From Candidatus Nealsonbacteria bacterium (GTDB lineage: Bacteria; Patescibacteriota; Minisyncoccia; Minisyncoccales; JAGMDC01), in NCBI GenBank assembly GCA_030612885.1, contig JAUWMZ010000005.1:19-64018 (forward strand): a stretch of DNA of 64,000 bases. Reading direction: 5' to 3'. Both the position numbers and the translations under genes were made by a program. Numbering within the stretch: the first letter of the stretch is position 1; each line of letters opens with the position of its first letter. Positions 61,021 through 64,000 of this stretch are shown piece by piece. The notes beneath the pieces are model-generated. The model was not told where the DNA came from. It saw nothing but the letters and a program-made list of their open reading frames with translations, and searched no databases.

Positions 61021-64000
61021 ATGTTAGTTGATTTCCATAACTTAGAAAAAAAGATTATAAAATTCTGGAAAGAGAACAGAATTTTTGAAAAATCAATTGA
61101 GAGACGCAAAAAAGCGCCTGATTTTGTTTTTTACGAGGGACCGCCTACGGCTAACGGCAGGCCTGGTATACACCATCTTGAAGCAAGAGCGTTTAAAGAT
61201 ATAATTTGCCGTTATAAGACAATGAATGGTTTTAAGGTAATGAGAAAATCTGGCTGGGATACGCATGGTTTGCCAGTTGAGTTAGAGATTGAAAAAAAAT
61301 TAGGATTTAAAGACAAGAAAGATATTGAAAAATTCGGCGTAGCAAAGTTTAATCAAGAGTGTAAAAACTCTGTCTGGCAGTATAAAAAAGATTGGGAAGA
61401 TTTAACAGAAAAAATTGGGTATTGGCTGGATATGAATAATCCTTATATTACTTACGAAACCAATTATATTGAGACAGTTTGGTGGCTTTTAAAACAGGCT
61501 TGGCAGAAAAAACTTTTATATCAAGATTATAAAGTAGTTCCTTATTGTCCGAGATGTGGAACATCATTGTCCTCTCACGAAGTAGCCCAAGGATACAAAA
61601 AAGTCAAAGAAAATTCAATTTATGTAAAGTTTCCTATTAAAGAACAGGAAAATACTTATTTCTTGGTATGGACAACTACGCCTTGGACTTTGCCAGGTAA
61701 TGTGGCCATCGCAGTAAATTTGAAATTTACTTATGTCAAACTAAAAATTGATAATGAATATCTGATTTTAGCCAAACAGAGAATCAAGGATTGTGGGATA
61801 GAAGGAAAAATTGTGAAAGAGTTTAATGGAAAAGATTTGGTTGGGTTGGAGTATAAGCAGTTATATAAAACTAAAGTTAAGGAAGCCAGATTTCCCGATG
61901 CTTATAAAATAATTCCAGGTGATTTTGTTTCCTTAGAAGAAGGAACAGGATTAGTGCATATTGCTCCAGCTTTTGGTGAGGATGATATGAATGTTGGCAA
62001 GGAGAACAATCTTCCTGTTTTAATAGCGGTAGATAAACAAGGCAAAATGAAAACGCCAGGATATAAGTGGAATAATTTGTTTGTGAAAAAAGCTGACACA
62101 CTAATTATTGAAGATTTAAAAAAAAGAAAGCTGTTTTTCAAAGAAGAACTATATGAACATGACTATCCTTTTTGCTGGAGATGTAAAACACCTCTAATTT
62201 ACTATTCTAAGAAAAGTTGGTTTATTAAAATGACAGAAGTTAAAAAAGATTTGATTAAAAATAACGAAAAAATAAACTGGGTTCCCAAACATTTGAAACA
62301 AGGCAGGTTTGGCGAGTGGCTAAGGGAGTTAAGAGATTGGACTATATCTCGAGAAAGATATTGGGGCACACCATTGCCTATCTGGAGATGTAAAAAATGC
62401 GGTCATCAAGAATGTATTGGTTCAAAAGAAGATATATTGAAGCAAAAATTTACTACTAATAAATATTTTATTTTAAGACATGGAGAATCAGAATGTTTTA
62501 AAAAGCATATTCTTTCTTATAAAAATAAAGGAGCTGGCTGCCCTTTAACTGAAAAAGGCAGGGAGCAGATTAAAAAAGCAGCGCAAGAATTAAAAAAAGA
62601 AAAAATAGATTTAATTTTCTCTTCTGATTTTTTAAGAACTAAGCAAACAGCAGAAATTGTTTCAAAAGAAATAGGAAAGAAAGTAAAATATGATAAACGT
62701 TTGATAGAAGTAAACATTGGTGTTTTTGATGGTGAAAATATTAAAGAGTACCGTAGATTATTTGAAGGGAAAATAGATAAATTTAACAAAAGGCCGCCTA
62801 AAGGAGAAAGTTACACAGATGTTAAAAAGCGAATTTACGATTTTCTGAAAGAAGTAGATAAAGAATACAAGAATAAGAATATTTTAATTGTGAGTCATGG
62901 CGGTCCGATTTTAATGGCGGAAAGCATTGTTAGAGGATTTTCTCGAGAAGAAATTGTAGAGCACTGGAAAGATAAAAGAATAAATGTTGGAGAATTAAGG
63001 AGATTGGAATTTAAGCTTTTTCCTTACAATAGAGAAAATCAAGAATTGGATTTTCATAAACCATATATTGATGAAATAAAATTTAAATGTTCCAAGTGTA
63101 ATAATTTAATGGAGCGAGTTCCAGAAGTGATTGATTGTTGGTTTGATTCTGGAGCAATGCCGTTTGCCCAGTATCATTATCCTTTTGAGCAAGAAAAATT
63201 TAAAAATCAATTTCCAGCTGATTATATTTGCGAAGCAATTGATCAAACAAGAGGCTGGTTCTATACTTTATTGGCAATCTCAACTTTATTAGATTTTGGC
63301 GTTCCTTACAAAAATGTTATTTCTTTGGGCCATGTTTTAGATGAAAAAGGAGAAAAAATGTCTAAATCAAAAGGAAATGTAGTTGATCCCTGGTATATTA
63401 TTGAAAAATACAGTTCAGATGCTGCTCGCTGGTATTTTTACACCATAAATCAACCTGGTGATTCAAAACTTTTTACAGAAAAAGATGTAGATAATGCATT
63501 AAAGAAATTTATTCTTACTTATTATAATATATATACCTTTTTTGAAACATATGTTCCAAAAGAAAACTCAAAGCTCAAAGCGCAAAATGCAAAGCCGCAA
63601 CGCAAAGCTCAAAACTTGTTAGATAGATGGATAATTTCCAGATTAAATGAATTGATTTCAGGGGTTTCTGAAAAGATAGATAAATATGATATTGTTTCAG
63701 CTGCCAGAGATATAGAGGATTTTGTTATTAATGATTTATCTCTATGGTATGTGAGAAGATCCAGAAAAAGATTTCAGAACCCTAAAACAAAAAAAGATTT
63801 TCAAGAGGCATCACAAACCTTGAGGTTTGTTCTTCTTAGCTTAGCTAAGTTGACAGCTCCGTTTGTTCCATTTATTTCCGAGGAAATATACCAAAATCTT
63901 TCGAAAAATAAATCTGTTCATTTAGAGGATTGGCCCAAACCAGATAAAAAATTCACAGATAAAAAATTAGAAGAAAAAATGAAATTGGTGCGCGAGATTG
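61021..64000 (+). CDS. ileS: Isoleucine--tRNA ligase (type 2), 3'-partial, with an inserted histidine-phosphatase domain
   Basis: Frame 1 is open from ATG 61021 to the window edge. PPTANGRPGIHH (HIGH), FCWRCKTPL, DWTISRERYWGTPLPIWRCKKCGH, DFHKPYIDEIKFKCSKC, DCWFDSG, KMSKS (aa 779-783). Not in the ORF track because there is no stop inside the window. Confidence 0.9.
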   Translation, partial: MLVDFHNLEKKIIKFWKENRIFEKSIERRKKAPDFVFYEGPPTANGRPGIHHLEARAFKDIICRYKTMNGFKVMRKSGWDTHGLPVELEIEKKLGFKDKKDIEKFGVAKFNQECKNSVWQYKKDWEDLTEKIGYWLDMNNPYITYETNYIETVWWLLKQAWQKKLLYQDYKVVPYCPRCGTSLSSHEVAQGYKKVKENSIYVKFPIKEQENTYFLVWTTTPWTLPGNVAIAVNLKFTYVKLKIDNEYLILAKQRIKDCGIEGKIVKEFNGKDLVGLEYKQLYKTKVKEARFPDAYKIIPGDFVSLEEGTGLVHIAPAFGEDDMNVGKENNLPVLIAVDKQGKMKTPGYKWNNLFVKKADTLIIEDLKKRKLFFKEELYEHDYPFCWRCKTPLIYYSKKSWFIKMTEVKKDLIKNNEKINWVPKHLKQGRFGEWLRELRDWTISRERYWGTPLPIWRCKKCGHQECIGSKEDILKQKFTTNKYFILRHGESECFKKHILSYKNKGAGCPLTEKGREQIKKAAQELKKEKIDLIFSSDFLRTKQTAEIVSKEIGKKVKYDKRLIEVNIGVFDGENIKEYRRLFEGKIDKFNKRPPKGESYTDVKKRIYDFLKEVDKEYKNKNILIVSHGGPILMAESIVRGFSREEIVEHWKDKRINVGELRRLEFKLFPYNRENQELDFHKPYIDEIKFKCSKCNNLMERVPEVIDCWFDSGAMPFAQYHYPFEQEKFKNQFPADYICEAIDQTRGWFYTLLAISTLLDFGVPYKNVISLGHVLDEKGEKMSKSKGNVVDPWYIIEKYSSDAARWYFYTINQPGDSKLFTEKDVDNALKKFILTYYNIYTFFETYVPKENSKLKAQNAKPQRKAQNLLDRWIISRLNELISGVSEKIDKYDIVSAARDIEDFVINDLSLWYVRRSRKRFQNPKTKKDFQEASQTLRFVLLSLAKLTAPFVPFISEEIYQNLSKNKSVHLEDWPKPDKKFTDKKLEEKMKLVREI

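Noticed and set aside
63560-63620. Repetitive caaagc/gcaaa segment in ileS (KLKAQNAKPQRKAQNL) and the comparable valS segment 37621-37690, considered as insertions.
   Set aside because: Both lie in the naturally length-variable linker before the DRWI-type helix of class Ia synthetases. The peptide length is within the normal range, so an insertion cannot be claimed. Only the nucleotide motif similarity is noted under the tsaD/Elp3 finding.

Overview
AT-rich, gene-dense bacterial window read with the standard genetic code: TAA, TAG and TGA all close conserved genes, and ligA ends in TGA inside an ATGA overlap. Housekeeping content: ligA, a SEDS (FtsW/RodA) gene, gyrA, tsaD, recG, rplS, an RluA-type pseudouridine synthase, ftsH, an S1-domain protein, HU, a PilB/GspE ATPase, trpS, valS, a Mur ligase, infC-rpmI-rplT, smpB plus tmRNA, argS, and ileS, which runs off the right edge. 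There are also two histidine kinase/response regulator pairs and 8 uninterrupted tRNA genes, none with an encoded CCA. Accessory content: a small toxin-antitoxin islet (frameshifted RelE/ParE, HEPN+MNT), a PilX-like FG-GAP repeat protein with an in-frame stop, two T4SS-pilin-like small proteins, a mannosylglycerate-type sugar cluster, a geranylgeranyl-reductase + UbiA-prenyltransferase pair, a block of archaeal-flavoured genes (Elp3, NikR-like, PP-loop ATPase, TIGR00725, EndoQ-like PHP protein, PolX) and a compositionally distinct trio of TasA/camelysin-like secreted proteins. Gene content and style suggest a reduced CPR/Patescibacteria-like genome; this is inference only. Observations ranked highest: (1) at 21364-21680, three tRNA-Ile(UAU)-like genes are nested concentrically, each outer gene split at position 37/38 by an insert carrying the next tRNA. 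(2) ileS carries a complete histidine-phosphatase (PGAM-like) domain inserted between its two zinc knuckles. (3) GC-rich hairpins, often with GAA triloops, sit in frame inside many conserved genes and also in spacers. (4) Several dispersed repeat families are present: an identical 30-nt palindromic promoter-like element, an ATCACGAATA/TATTCGTGAT palindrome family, and reiterated TA-islet boundary motifs. No rRNA, CRISPR array, transposase or integrase was seen.
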